NCBI GenBank assembly: GCA_044892525.1
Contig: CM097886.1
Coordinates: forward strand, 101,060,001 to 101,124,000
Direction of reading: 5' to 3'
DNA: 64,000 nucleotides
Source: Schmidtea polychroa
Taxonomy: Eukaryota
Positions 28,562-38,869 of the stretch are shown here, piece after piece. Position 1 is the stretch's first letter; the number at the start of each line of letters is the position of its first letter. The notes under the pieces were generated by a model. The model worked only from the letters and a program-made list of their open reading frames with translations. It was not told the origin of the DNA and did not search any database. The translations under genes and the position numbers were made by a program.

Positions 28562-31500
28562 TAAAATGATAATTTAAGCCTTTTGCTGCAAATAATGTAT
28601 TTAATGAAAGAATTTTCGACTATACGATAGTCCTTGACAATAATAATAATAATAATAATAATATCTGATAAATAGAGTTTTTTGATCGAGGATATTTCGT
28701 TATTACTTAAAAATAGATCTAGCAAACAAAACAAATAGTAATATATAAAAAGATAGAAATCTAATATATAATATATAATGAATAATAAATCTAATATATC
28801 AAGACAAATAATAAAACTAGAAAATAAATTTAACCTTATTATATTGCTTATAATTTGTCAGTAAAATATATAAAATTAAATAAATAAGATATACAATAAA
28901 TATTTTATAAATTTATCATAAATTTTAGTGTAAATTTAGTATTGTACTTTTATAGTATTGTACTGTATAAAATTCAACAAATAGACTTTAATACTTCTAA
29001 ATTTTTCATGTTGGAAACATATTTATTACACATGCTAACATTATTAAAAAACAAACGAACGGACACAGAAGTTATGCGCTAATGGATGATGAGTGACTCA
29101 TTGACATATTACGATTCATAACGTTTTGTATTGTTTATATGTTTGCTAAGTGAATAAGCAGACTTAGATTTGGTTAGACAAATAATAATAATAATTTTGT
29201 ATTGTGGTTAGAACAGAGGTTGTGATAGGGTCCCCTTGTTCTCAATCACAATCAGAAATAAGTTTTATCTGTACCACCAAATCACAACTGTACCGATTTT
29301 CACTGACAAAATAAAAGCTCTCACTTGATATTGATGAGAGACGACCCAAACGGAAACCGCCTAAAGCTGAATGGATTTGATTTAGCCTCTAAATGATTTT
29401 CGGTTTCGTCTAATTGTTTGGTTGCTTTCTTACTAGTTGCAGCTTTTTTATAGGGCTCACCTCTCATCCATCATTTGCAAATAAATAAAATATCGGTTGA
29501 TTGATTTCATATTTTGCACATTAATTTATAAATTTTTAATAATTTCAGTGCGGCTTTCAATTTACTTCCCAATCAGTCGGGGTAACAGAATCATTCTGGC
29601 GATTTGAAATTCCTGAAATTGGAATCAACGTACCTTTCCTCATTGTTGGTCAATGCACAGAACCAAATGTCACTTTCGATAAATCCCATTTCAAATTCCC
29701 CGCTCTTCTCATTGGTCATGAATCTGTGGAAACTGTTGAAATCATCAATTTCGATAACCAGCCATATCATTTCGCCTTCCAAGATATCAGTCGTCACGCT
29801 CCAGGTCACAGCAACAGTTTGAAAATTGAACCGATGCATGGAATTATCCCGAGTTGTGGGAAAGTCTCAATCCATATCGGATTCACAGCAACACTTAATC
29901 AGACCCTTAATTTCAATTTGATATGTCAAGTTGATAAGAAAACTTATCCTTTGTCTGTTAATGTCAAAGCAGAAGGCTATTCGGTCGACAGCACAGTTTG
30001 GTATGAGGATGTCACTGGTCATAGTGTCGAGTTGACTCCATGTTCAAAGAATAGTGATCAGGAGGTCTACAATAATATCGATATAGGTCGTATGGAAGTT
30101 GGTGAACAACAAACGACGTGGATAACATTAGTAAACGATGGAAGATTCAATTACGATTTCAATTGGGATATAAAATGGAAAGATGATCCAAAACTAAACA
30201 GCATGCTCCTGCTTACACCAATTTCTGGCACCGTAATTATAGGAGAGAAGCTAAGATGTGACCTTCGTATAATTGCAAACAGACCGGCTACCTTGCAAAA
30301 GGTTGTTGCTGCCTTAACAATAGGATATGGCAATAGCTATCTCTTGAACATCACTGCAGACATTCATCGGCCGATATTGGAATTTTCATTCTCCAAGCAT
30401 GATTTTGGGCATTGCTTTGTATATCGAGCGGGCATGAAACAGTTGACAACGGAATTGGTCATAACCAATAGAGACTCAAAAGATTCGAACCAGAAACCCA
30501 TCAGTGTTGAATGTCTCACCGAATCAAACGATGTCTTCATGCACAATTTCGAAGTTGCTGTTATTGTTCCTGGCTCATCAGCAACTATTCAAATCACATT
30601 TCTGCCTCGAAAACCAAAAAAATATCAACAATCGCTTCTGTTTGAAATCAACGGTATCTCAAGGCATTCGGTTGATTTAACGGGATATTGCGAGGAATTG
30701 AAACTCGAGGCCATTGACCTTCCCAACCATACAATCAATCTCGGAATGGTGAAAGTAGGAGAAAAGGTTTCCAAAACAGTCACCATTGCCAATACGACCC
30801 ATGTACCTGTGACATCGAAATTGGTATTTTCACCGACATGTGAAGAGCTGCAACAACGAGGAGTGTTCAAAATTACACCTTTAGGTATTTGATTGATATA
30901 TTATAATTTTTGTCAGTAGTATATAATTTATGCCAAATAGAGCTTTTCATTTATTAGTGTGACCTTGACGCTTCCTAGTGTTTTAATTATTTAATGTAAA
31001 TTTTGATTAAATCTTGATATGACATCAATTTATTGTTCATGACTTCTCACCACCAGATTACAGGGGTTTTACTAATATGACGTAACGTCACATATTTCAT
31101 GGCATATTTCGTTCGTATTTCCCTTATAATGGCAGGAGAGAAAAATTCTACAAAATGAAGGCGTGAAAGAATAAATTCTTCGGGTGAATGATAATATAAA
31201 TGTTTATCAGAATGCAAAGGATGTAAAAATGGAGAGCTTCAAACAATTAGCCTTAGGGGGAATAATACCAGGTAAATCAATCAGAAGTGCAATAGATAAT
31301 ATTTCTTTTACAATTCTTTTGAATATTAATACGAAGCCCGAATAAAGTCATAGCCACAAGTGTATATCATTTGATCCTAAAGTGTAATAAATAGAAAGTT
31401 AGGAAGTCAAATAAAGAATTTTTTGTGTAGATATTAGAGACTCAAATCCTTGATCCAAACAGTCCGATCACTCAGATCATGAACCGTTTATTGAGTGGCC

Positions 31501-34500
31501 TCTAGATGAGGCATATTACATTCATTGAAGCAAACGAGTCCTTTGACAAGATACCAGATATTTGATTTTATTATGAGATGTAAACTTTGATTAAATAGGG
31601 AAATGAGTGAAGAAAAAATTTCAAATAAATTAAAATCTTTGGTTATTGTTCAATTTAGATTTAGTTGATAACATGTTATTACAATAATTATAATATTCAT
31701 TATTTGAAATATCAAAAGTGATGGGAAAGCGCCACTCAAACATCCGTTTAACGATATATTTCAACAGTCTCATCGTCATCATCAAGTATGATAGAAGAAA
31801 TGCTATAGATATTATTGATTAATCAAACAGATTATAAAATCAATATTATTATTTCAAAATATTTATTTAAACAGTTTTTATATGAAATTAAAAGAAATTA
31901 AATTTATAATTAAGTTACACAGAAAACAATCAACAGAACATAAATTTATAAAATAAAATCATTTAATATAGCAATTTAACAATTCCATACATTTGCAAAC
32001 AATAACAATCCACGTTGCCTCAGCTTACCATCGAAACTATATAAAAACATTCAAAAAACAACTGATCACAACATTTTGCATATTCATTTTCGATTCAATC
32101 ATCATATCAACAAGGCTTCACGCATGACAGGTTTCCAATAATTATTACAATTATTATTTCAGGTATACCGCTTATGTTACTCATTCAGCCCTTATCGCCC
32201 TTACTTTTATCATACTTTGGCCGGCAATGTCCAAGCACTCCAATCTATCAATTATTTCTTTGGAAACATCATTTTTTAAATTTCTTATAAAAATAATAAA
32301 TACAATGTCAATGTAAAATAAATCAGTGGCGAAATTGGAAAATAAGTTCTTATAATAATATTTAATTTAAAAATAAATAATTATTTAAATTTAAATAATA
32401 ATTATAAAATAATAATAATAATAATATTAATAATAATAATAATTATAATTATTATTATCTCTTTATATATAAAAAAGCTAAGGATCCCCTCCATTCGAAT
32501 TTTACTTTTTTTAATTTTTTTAAAATTTTTTTTTGAAGTATTTATTCTTTTGTACTTATCGTTCTATATTACTTAGAAACGGTTTATGCTATTATCTTTT
32601 ATCATAGTTATGTCAACATATTAATAAACTGAATCTTACTCATGTCCACGAATACCATGGATATTAATTTTAACATTAACTCCACGTTCTAACGGGGTTG
32701 GTGAAGCGAAGCGGACAGGGTCAGAGCCACTAGTTATAATAATAATGTTATAATTGAATAACTGATCCTATCCTACCTGATGATAATCAGCACTGCCTTT
32801 TTGCTTTTATTTCTAAGCTGAAACACGAGCAGATCATGTAAATAGATCATGTAAATAGATCATGTAAAAATATGATCCGTAAAAAATATCAATCAAAATT
32901 AAATTTTTATTTAAAAACTATAAAAGGGAAATTAAAATCAAATCTAATTAGCCTCAAACCGCAGTAACTCAATCATTTTCTTGTACGAATCGCATTTGCA
33001 ATGATCTATGAGAAAAAATTCCCAAACAAACATTTCCCTACCTTCATCATTTAATCCTTTCGTCTCTTTTATTTTCAGCTTCAATTTGCTGTTGTAACTT
33101 TCAACATTTTGGGTATGAATCCCGTTGAACGGACACAGGAAATGATATTTGTGTATGAGAGATTGATGATGATATATCCGTTTATATCATTAACACCGAC
33201 ATGACTAGCCCATTCATCACTATCTATAATAGAACCTTCACTATAGTACCTTCTGCTATTATTGGTATTAACACCCTTTTAGACCAATTTTTGATTATTT
33301 TAACAAAGCTTCGGCTAGGAGATGTGGGTGTATCGACGGTTGTCAATGCCCAATTTTTCTCTCTCGGGCCTCTCTCCGGATGACTTTTAGCTTTGAAATT
33401 CAGTATAACCTAGTCAGACTGAACTATTGTGCCAGGATCAACTAGTCGTATATGGGGGGATCAAGCATAATACTCCTCGATTTTAGATATACACAGCTTT
33501 CGAATCTTTGATATTGTAGGTCTGGATATATTCACATTAGAACTTGTGACCAATAAGCAGAGGAATGGCGATATCTGCAAGAAAACTGTGATTCCTCAAG
33601 CTGAGAGTTGTTTGGTATTCTCACTTTTTAAGTCATGGATACCTTACACGTATCATAATCAACTAGATCCTTAACAATATTGTTGTTGAAGAATCACCAC
33701 ATCAACTATTTTTCATTCATAAGAGTTATTTTTTCTAATTGATTTCCAAAGTTCATGGCTAATTTATTTGAGATGATCCATAATATATTTTGTAACATTC
33801 ACACGATGATGGGCTGACATATTAGCCATTATTTGATATTTATATTGACATTAAGGTCAGCAAGTGATCATTAATCCAGGCAAGGCCAATGCCATTCCCA
33901 TTCAAATTGCTTTTGCTCCAAACCGGCGAATTGCAAAGTTTACAGAGGAGGTGTACTGTGAGGCAGTTGGGGTAACATTTCCGGTTTTCATGGTGACCGG
34001 AGGTTGCCAAGCTCATGACATTCGGTTTGATGTTGAATCCATTTCATTTGGATTAGTTACCAAAGGCAGCCATATTACAAAGAGGTTATCAATGACCAAT
34101 TACGGGGATATTGGAGCTAGGTGGCCATTTCACCATCTTTAAGAGATTTATTCACTTTTTATAGATTCCGATGGAATAACGAGTCCTTTAAACCAGACTT
34201 CTCCATAGCTCCTATATCGGGTTACATTTCTCAAGGAATGGAAGTGGTCTTTGAAATTTCTTTCTCTCCAATTAAACCAGCTCCAGATATTCGCTATGAC
34301 GTAATGAATTTTTCATTTCATTTATTATTAATATCATTATATACTATATAAACCATTACTCTTGTAGAATTTACAATGCTCAATTGAAGGCTGGAAGAGC
34401 CTTAGCCTTGTATTAACGGGAGTTTGTCAAACTGTTACTCCTGTGAAGGAAATATTAAATTTCAATGTGCCAGTCCGGCAACAAGATGTCAAATCACTGA

Positions 34501-37484
34501 AGATTGGCAACACTACAAATGCAACATGGCTCCTAAAGCCTGTGATTGAAGGAGATCATTGGACTGGACCCGAGACATTTGTGGTGGAACCGCAACAAAC
34601 TAAAAACTATGAAGTCACGTTTAGGCCTCTTACAATGACTACAGATGGCAAAAAGCATCAAGGTAATTTTTATTGTTCCTCAAATATGTTTAGGGTATCC
34701 ATTTCCTTGTTCTCCTTGTATAAATATGACTTCCATATGACTCCTCTCATATTTCCTACACAATATGATATTATATATGATAGGAATGGGAAATGTTAGA
34801 TAAAATAGACAATTATTAAAATATCATTTAAAATAAAAAATAAAATGACGGAAATGAATAAAACTGTCGAGGATTCCTAAATAATAAAACAAAAATAATT
34901 ACTAAATGCATAAAATGATTGAGGGAAATGATGATAAAGGAATGGGGTATTGGTCTGGTACTCAGTGAAATAGGAGTGGAGAAGAGATATTGAAAATGAG
35001 AAGGGAACAAAAGAAAATTGTCAACGCTAGTGATGCTGCTGATAAAGTTCGTTACAAGAGCTTGACTGATCCCATCGGTCTTGGATAGCCGAAAGGATTT
35101 AGTGATTAAAGTTATTCCAGATAAAGATTCCAATACTTTGATATAAACAATCTTGGTACAATCACCAGATCAGGTATCGAAACTTTCATGGAAGCCTTGA
35201 CTGCTAAAGCAGATATTTCTATTATCGGTCAATTTGGTGTCGATTTCAATAAATATATTGTAGGAATTAGTTTTATGTTCCTACAATTAGTAATTGACAA
35301 ATCAAATAATTAAATGAGAATAATTGATTCTAATTCGCTGCTTGGGATAACCAATTAAAATGCACGATTATTGGTAAATCATTATTTTTCACACTTCTCT
35401 ATCGATCTCACTGGTTAAAACAATTTGAAACACTATCCAATGAGATTCAATATTTCAAAATTTCATTGGATAAGCAGGAACTTAAGACAAGATTTAATGA
35501 GAAAGTTTTTGAGAGTTTCTATCTTAGAGGGAAATTTTTCAAATTATTTCTCGATTTGTTGAAGTTAGCCTTGTGGCTTAGGGTCCAAGGTTCCGTTCGT
35601 TTATAAAATATGACAACTTTCAAATGCTTCAAGCTGCTAATTTTATGTTTCTATGGCAGGGACAGTATATATACATATAACGGGTGACAACTAAAATTCT
35701 GGACTATCAATTAAAAAGTGAAACATACAAGAGGTGAAATGGTTATATTCATACTATTCCAGGTTTAAATGTACAACTAAATAAGCACAATATGAGAAAT
35801 AGGCCTAGTTCACTTGATCTTCCACTCCAAAAGCTCGAGCTTGACGAATTATGGTCTTCACCAAATGCAGGATTTTCTGTACAACCTCTAGATCAACTTT
35901 TTTCTAAAGAAAACTTGAAGCGCCGTTGCAGTTGTACATGGGTATTTGCCTACCAGCTCTTGGAATATAGAAATTACTTGAGCTGATCGAAAACGTCCAT
36001 GATTGATCGAGTGTAGGGACATGAGGCCAAATCTGACCAGAAGAGATAATTGTTGCCTTGGTTATGAGAATGGATAAATGTGAGAAAGCGCTGTCGAATA
36101 CACTTGGGTTGATAGATTTGTACTTTTCATGCAAAGGACAGAAATATGGCTTTGAAATCCCGCAAGCATTGACAGCAATCCAGCACATCACTTTGTTTTG
36201 GAACTTTAAATGGCAAGGAAACTTGAGGCTATTTTCTGTCCAACTATCTTCTGTTGAATAATGATGATTATTTTGAGGCATGTTAGTCCCAGATAATGTA
36301 AGATATGACTCGTCGTCGAGAAAAAAAGGCCATTCAGGACTTCTTGACAAAATGTTGCGATATAGACACGGTCAATTCAATGCTTTTCTGAATCTCTAGG
36401 AACTTTCTGGTTTTTGTAGGAACCAATGTCGTTTGAGTGAAGGATTTTGGGTACAAATTGGTGCAATATGCCATATACATATTCTTGCTGCTAAAATTCT
36501 TCAAATGCAGTAAGATCTGTAAATGCATATGTCCAACATTCACGTGAAGAATGAGCGGATATAATCCATCTTTATAAGGAAGGCCTATCTGTGAGTTGCT
36601 GTTTCTATAACTGGTCTCTCTTCGGCCCATTAGTTCCCAGTTGGCTACCCAGAGGTAACGTAACTCCCATTAGAGTCAATCGAGATCTAGGAAATGTATA
36701 AAGGAAGAAGCCATAAACAAAGACACACAAGCATAGCCCTACTATTTTATCACAGTCCAATAACTATTTGACAAAAGGGAAATAAATAATCCTAAATGGA
36801 GTTCATCAGATATTGTAACTGTTGAATTGTTATAGGATCAGTATTTATCGCTATCCCGGATGGAAGCGGCATTCTTTATAATCTTTCGGGGAGTGCGGAA
36901 CCTCCTAAAGCTATCTCGAAGATAACGAGAGAAGTTCCTTCAAGGACACCATTCTCTGAATTGCTTGAAGTTCCTAACTGGTTAAAACGACCTCAACGAT
37001 TCAAAGTGATTAAAGAAGTATTGAAACCAGAGAAGAGCGAATCCTCATTGCAATTAAAGGGATTTGAATATGTCGATGTTGTCGGTGGTGGATCTAAACA
37101 ATATAAATTGACAATTGTTGCCCAAAAAGAAGGCTTGATACAAATCAAAGTAAAATTTTGACAGTTAATTGCTTTATTTGGGATTTTTAGGTGACATTTA
37201 TGAATGAATCTACGGGAGAGTTTCAATTCTATGACATACAAATCAAGTCCTTTAAGCCACCAAGTACTGCAATGATCCAGCTGTCCACACCTGTAAGGCA
37301 ATCAATCCAGCATTCTGTGACACTGGAGAATGTTACCAGCACAATGGTCACCTATCAAATCAGTAGCACATCTCCAGAGATCCATTGTGCTAATCAATTC
37401 CAGGTCCAGCCACAATCAAAGGTAAGGATATGTTATCATGAAGGTAATTGGGATCTTCCTAACATCAATTCTCTATATCACACT

Positions 37485-37563
<79 letters not shown>

Positions 37564-38385
37564 CAAAAAGTTATAAATTAGGGATAAGAGCCAAACTTTG
37601 AACCATAATTTAATGAATTATAATGTATAAATACCCTCTAGATTCCATTCACATTTGAATTCTTTCCGTTACGAGTGGCTGAGTCTGTAGCTAAACTTGA
37701 AATTTCATCGCCAGACTCTAGCAGTATGTTTTATGAGCTTGAGCTATCTGGCACCCCTTCAAGACCAGAACAACCTCTGATATTCAACACTGGTATTGGA
37801 AGCTGTCAGACGTTGCTGGCTCACTTTAAAAATTGGGCGAAAAATAAATCTGATTTTTCATGCAAAGTAAATAGGAAAAGTAATGATAAAATAAATTGTT
37901 ATGATTTGATTCAGATTGATAATTCTAAATTCCATTGTGATAAATCGATAGCAGTGGCACCGAATGTTGAAGCACAATTGGATGTGCAATTTGAACCGAA
38001 TAAACTTGGTGAATCAAAAGGCTTGCTGACCATATCAAATCCAATTGCTGGAGAATTCATATTCCCATTGGTAGGTATTGCAACTCCCCCCAAGCCACAA
38101 GGACCCTTCATCATCAAGCCTGGCTCAAGTGTTTCAATTAACTTTAGAAATGTGTTTGCAGAACCGACTCAATTCTATTTCCAAATAGACAATCCTGAAT
38201 TCCATATCAACAAGAATTCAGAAAATATCAAATCGCATAAAGATCATAGAATGGTGATCGCATTTGATGGATCATCGGATGGAGGTCCAGTAATGGGCAA
38301 GCTTGTAGCTTCATGCCCTGGCGCAGACAATGGATTGAACAAGTTACAATGGGTTTACTATTTGCGAGGTTCACAGAAGGACTAA
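1920..38385 (+). CDS. HYDIN: Hydrocephalus-inducing protein homolog (axonemal central-pair protein, multiple ASH/Ig-like domains), complete multi-exon gene
   Basis: Colinear similarity to HYDIN as I recall it ([42 protein letters not shown]-loop [35 protein letters not shown]). Exons reconstructed with GT-AG and frame continuity: 1920-2051, 2101-(gap ~2220), 2390-2509, 2563-2897, 3823-3947, 3992-4320, 4367-4869, 4919-4986, 5039-5360, 5404-5584, 6613-6729, 6776-6928, 6978-7334, 7382-7479, 7535-7685, 7731-7868, 7919-8047, (gap)~8387-9663, 9707-9971, 10023-10358, 10404-10658, 10707-10889, 11873-12119, 12167-12364, 14249-14403, 14448-14986, 15031-15231, 15305-15439, 15484-16096, 16143-16345, 16389-16691, 18945-19277, 19331-19635, 20434-20533, 20913-21021, 21073-21216, 21298-21510, 23974-24121, 24202-24375, 24424-24705, 24750-(gap ~24972), 26418-26502, 26546-26697, 26749-27204, 27279-27337, 27385-27579, 27632-27851, 27898-(gap ~28158), 28317-28455, 29549-30884, 33856-34120, 34165-34300, 34368-34662, 36836-37149, 37191-37421, 37642-37866, 37915-38385 (TAA). 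Total about 15.2 kb of coding sequence, about 5,050 aa. A few boundaries lie in N gaps. Confidence 0.97.
3605..3647. repeat. (GA)n microsatellite in a HYDIN intron
   Basis: Uninterrupted AG dinucleotide run. Confidence 0.95.
6144..6178 (-). ncRNA. Minimal hammerhead-like motif, U3:A8 core (left arm of the palindrome)
   Basis: The minus strand reads TTGACAA-G-GACTAT-ggt-ATAGTC-GAAA-ATT-C-TTTC. The 5' strand of stem I is missing because the opposite arm replaces it. Confidence 0.55.
6172..6206 (+). ncRNA. Hammerhead-like motif with an A6U core change (right arm of the palindrome), likely inactive
   Basis: The plus strand reads TTGTCAA-G-GACTAT-cgt-ATAGTC-GAAA-ATT-C-TTTC. Confidence 0.45.
11120..11385. 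repeat. 20-bp minisatellite (about 13 copies) in a HYDIN intron
   Basis: Unit CAGCCATACAATACCCCATA with point variants (TAGCC, ATACACC, ATACCCT). Confidence 0.95.
12806..12910. repeat. 41-bp tandem repeat (about 2.5 copies)
   Basis: GGGAGTTATGTTTAC recurs with a 41-bp period (units start at 12806, 12847, 12888). Confidence 0.85.
16925..17165 (-). mobile_element. Diverged short element related to the Penelope-associated family: hammerhead at the 5' end, conserved GCAGCAAAAGGCT motif at the 3' end
   Basis: The minus strand has the hammerhead (17129-17163) and, about 180 nt downstream, ATATACTTCGCAGCAAAAGGCTCATATTACCATTT. This matches the family 3' motif ACATTATTTGCAGCAAAAGGCTTAAATTATCATTTT. 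Confidence 0.6.
17129..17163 (-). ncRNA. Minimal type I hammerhead ribozyme candidate, U3:A8 core
   Basis: TTCAC-TTGAAAA-A-GGC-agt-GCC-GAAA-ATT-C-ATGAG. Stem I UUCAC/AUGAG has 4 of 5 pairs, stem II is GGC/GCC, stem III is the palindrome AAUU, and the cleavage triplet is UUC. Confidence 0.7.
18252..18334 (+). repeat. Dispersed repeat of about 85 bp, copy 1 (copy 2 at 21685-21768)
   Basis: AGTGAGCAGAGA..AAAATAAATAAACAAAATTTAGGGAAATCATTATCATG...GAATAATGGGAAACGGGGAAAAGAT is nearly identical in two HYDIN introns. Confidence 0.85.
21685..21768 (+). repeat. Dispersed repeat of about 85 bp, copy 2
   Basis: Near-identical to 18252-18334; begins at an N gap. Confidence 0.85.
22958..23807 (-). mobile_element. 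5'-truncated Penelope-like element (GIY-YIG C-terminal fragment) flanked by inverted pseudo-LTR copies
   Basis: ORF 23477-23758 encodes SQRVKEH...[10 protein letters not shown]...FKEAILI...LKIN, the GIY-YIG endonuclease tail of PLEs. The downstream copy of the short family (22958-23030) is in element sense. The upstream copy (23721-23807) is inverted. Confidence 0.8.
22989..23027 (-). ncRNA. Minimal type I hammerhead ribozyme candidate, U3:A8 core, in the PLE 3' pseudo-LTR
   Basis: GAGA-TTGACAA-G-GACTAT-ctt-ATAGTC-GAAA-TTT-T-TTTC. Stem I GAGA/UUUC has 4 bp including one G.U, and stem II has 6 bp. Confidence 0.65.
25120..26310 (-). mobile_element. Penelope-like retroelement, 5'-truncated (RT C-terminus plus GIY-YIG endonuclease), frameshifted
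   Basis: 26030-26302: [26 protein letters not shown]...[10 protein letters not shown] (PLE RT thumb region). 25388-25834: [28 protein letters not shown]...[15 protein letters not shown] (GIY-YIG with Cys/His motif). The 5' end abuts (ATT)n. Confidence 0.92.
25125..25160 (-). ncRNA. Degenerate canonical-core hammerhead-like motif at the PLE 3' end
   Basis: CTGATGA-TGAT-GATAG-taatg-CTATC-GAAA, about 230 nt downstream of the PLE stop. There is an extra GAT (slippage), and stems I and III cannot be verified because an N gap follows. Confidence 0.45.
28558..28640 (-). mobile_element. 83-bp solo copy of the hammerhead-containing short element embedded in (AAT)n
   Basis: Identical to the right arm of the 6096-6254 palindrome (TTGTCAAGGACTATCGTATAGTCGAAAATTCTTTC...GCAGCAAAAGGCTTAAATTATCATTTTATTGT). 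Flanked by (AAT)n on both sides. Confidence 0.85.
32458..32733 (+). mobile_element. Possible non-autonomous Helitron
   Basis: Starts with TC (TCTCTTTATATATAAAA) and ends with CTAG, lies between host A and T, has a GC-rich GCGAAGC mini-hairpin about 20 nt before the CTAG, and shows no TSD. Confidence 0.5.
33005..33660 (-). mobile_element. Merlin (IS1016/ISXO2-like) DDE transposase remnant
   Basis: The minus strand, with stops and frameshifts, reads [20 protein letters not shown]...NWALTTVD...LIPII...[11 protein letters not shown]...[19 protein letters not shown]...EFF. This is the typical Merlin motif order. It is absent from the ORF track. Confidence 0.8.
35020..35247 (+). pseudogene. HSP90: Cytosolic HSP90 N-terminal ATPase-domain fragment (frameshifted, internally deleted) in a HYDIN intron
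   Basis: [17 protein letters not shown] / [21 protein letters not shown] / [35 protein letters not shown], compared with HSP90 NSSDALDKIRYESLTDP...[35 protein letters not shown]. The TIVDTGIGMTKADL segment is missing. Confidence 0.9.
35678..36630 (-). mobile_element. IS630-Tc1-mariner transposase remnant (DD37E-like motifs)
   Basis: [30 protein letters not shown] and, in a shifted frame, [15 protein letters not shown]-like TA-ACGGGTGACAACTAAAATTC sits at the left end; the other TIR was not found. Confidence 0.7.
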
Positions 38386-38485
38386 TGTAGATGTTGAATT
38401 AAGAATTGTGTGAATATTGTGTATGTCGATGACTTATCCACTTTTGTCCTGTTATATTTTTATAATAAATAGGTATGCTATCGTT

Positions 38486-38577
38486 CTATTGATTCCCATT
38501 TTCACTATTGATTCCCTTTTTCACTATTGATTCCTATCTGCATTATTGATTCTCATTTGCACTATTGATTCCCATTT
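38486..38577. repeat. About 20-bp tandem repeat (about 5 copies) downstream of the HYDIN stop
   Basis: Core CTATTGATTCCC repeated with a period of about 20 bp. Confidence 0.85.
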
Positions 38578-38869
38578 AAACAGATATTGACATTATTTCC
38601 ATCAATATTGTTGGGTAACGTGTAGAGGATCTTTCACTTCTTGATTCTTCTCCGACCAAGATTTCCATGTTTTTCGCTTTCACTCTGCAACCACACATAA
38701 CTGTTTTATTCGGACACTAAACACCCGTCACAATCGACGATAGTATTGCGATATAATTATTGGATATCGACAAAAGGTAACCTCTAGAATAAGAACTGCA
38801 AGTGACCCGACGAGTTACTGGGTTCATAGGGTACCGCAGAAGGTGCCGTGCCTCGTTTCGATTGCAAAT

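Noticed and set aside
32770-32830. CTGATGA...GAAA hammerhead-like spacing
   Set aside because: No stem II adjacent to the core and no stem I or III pairing.
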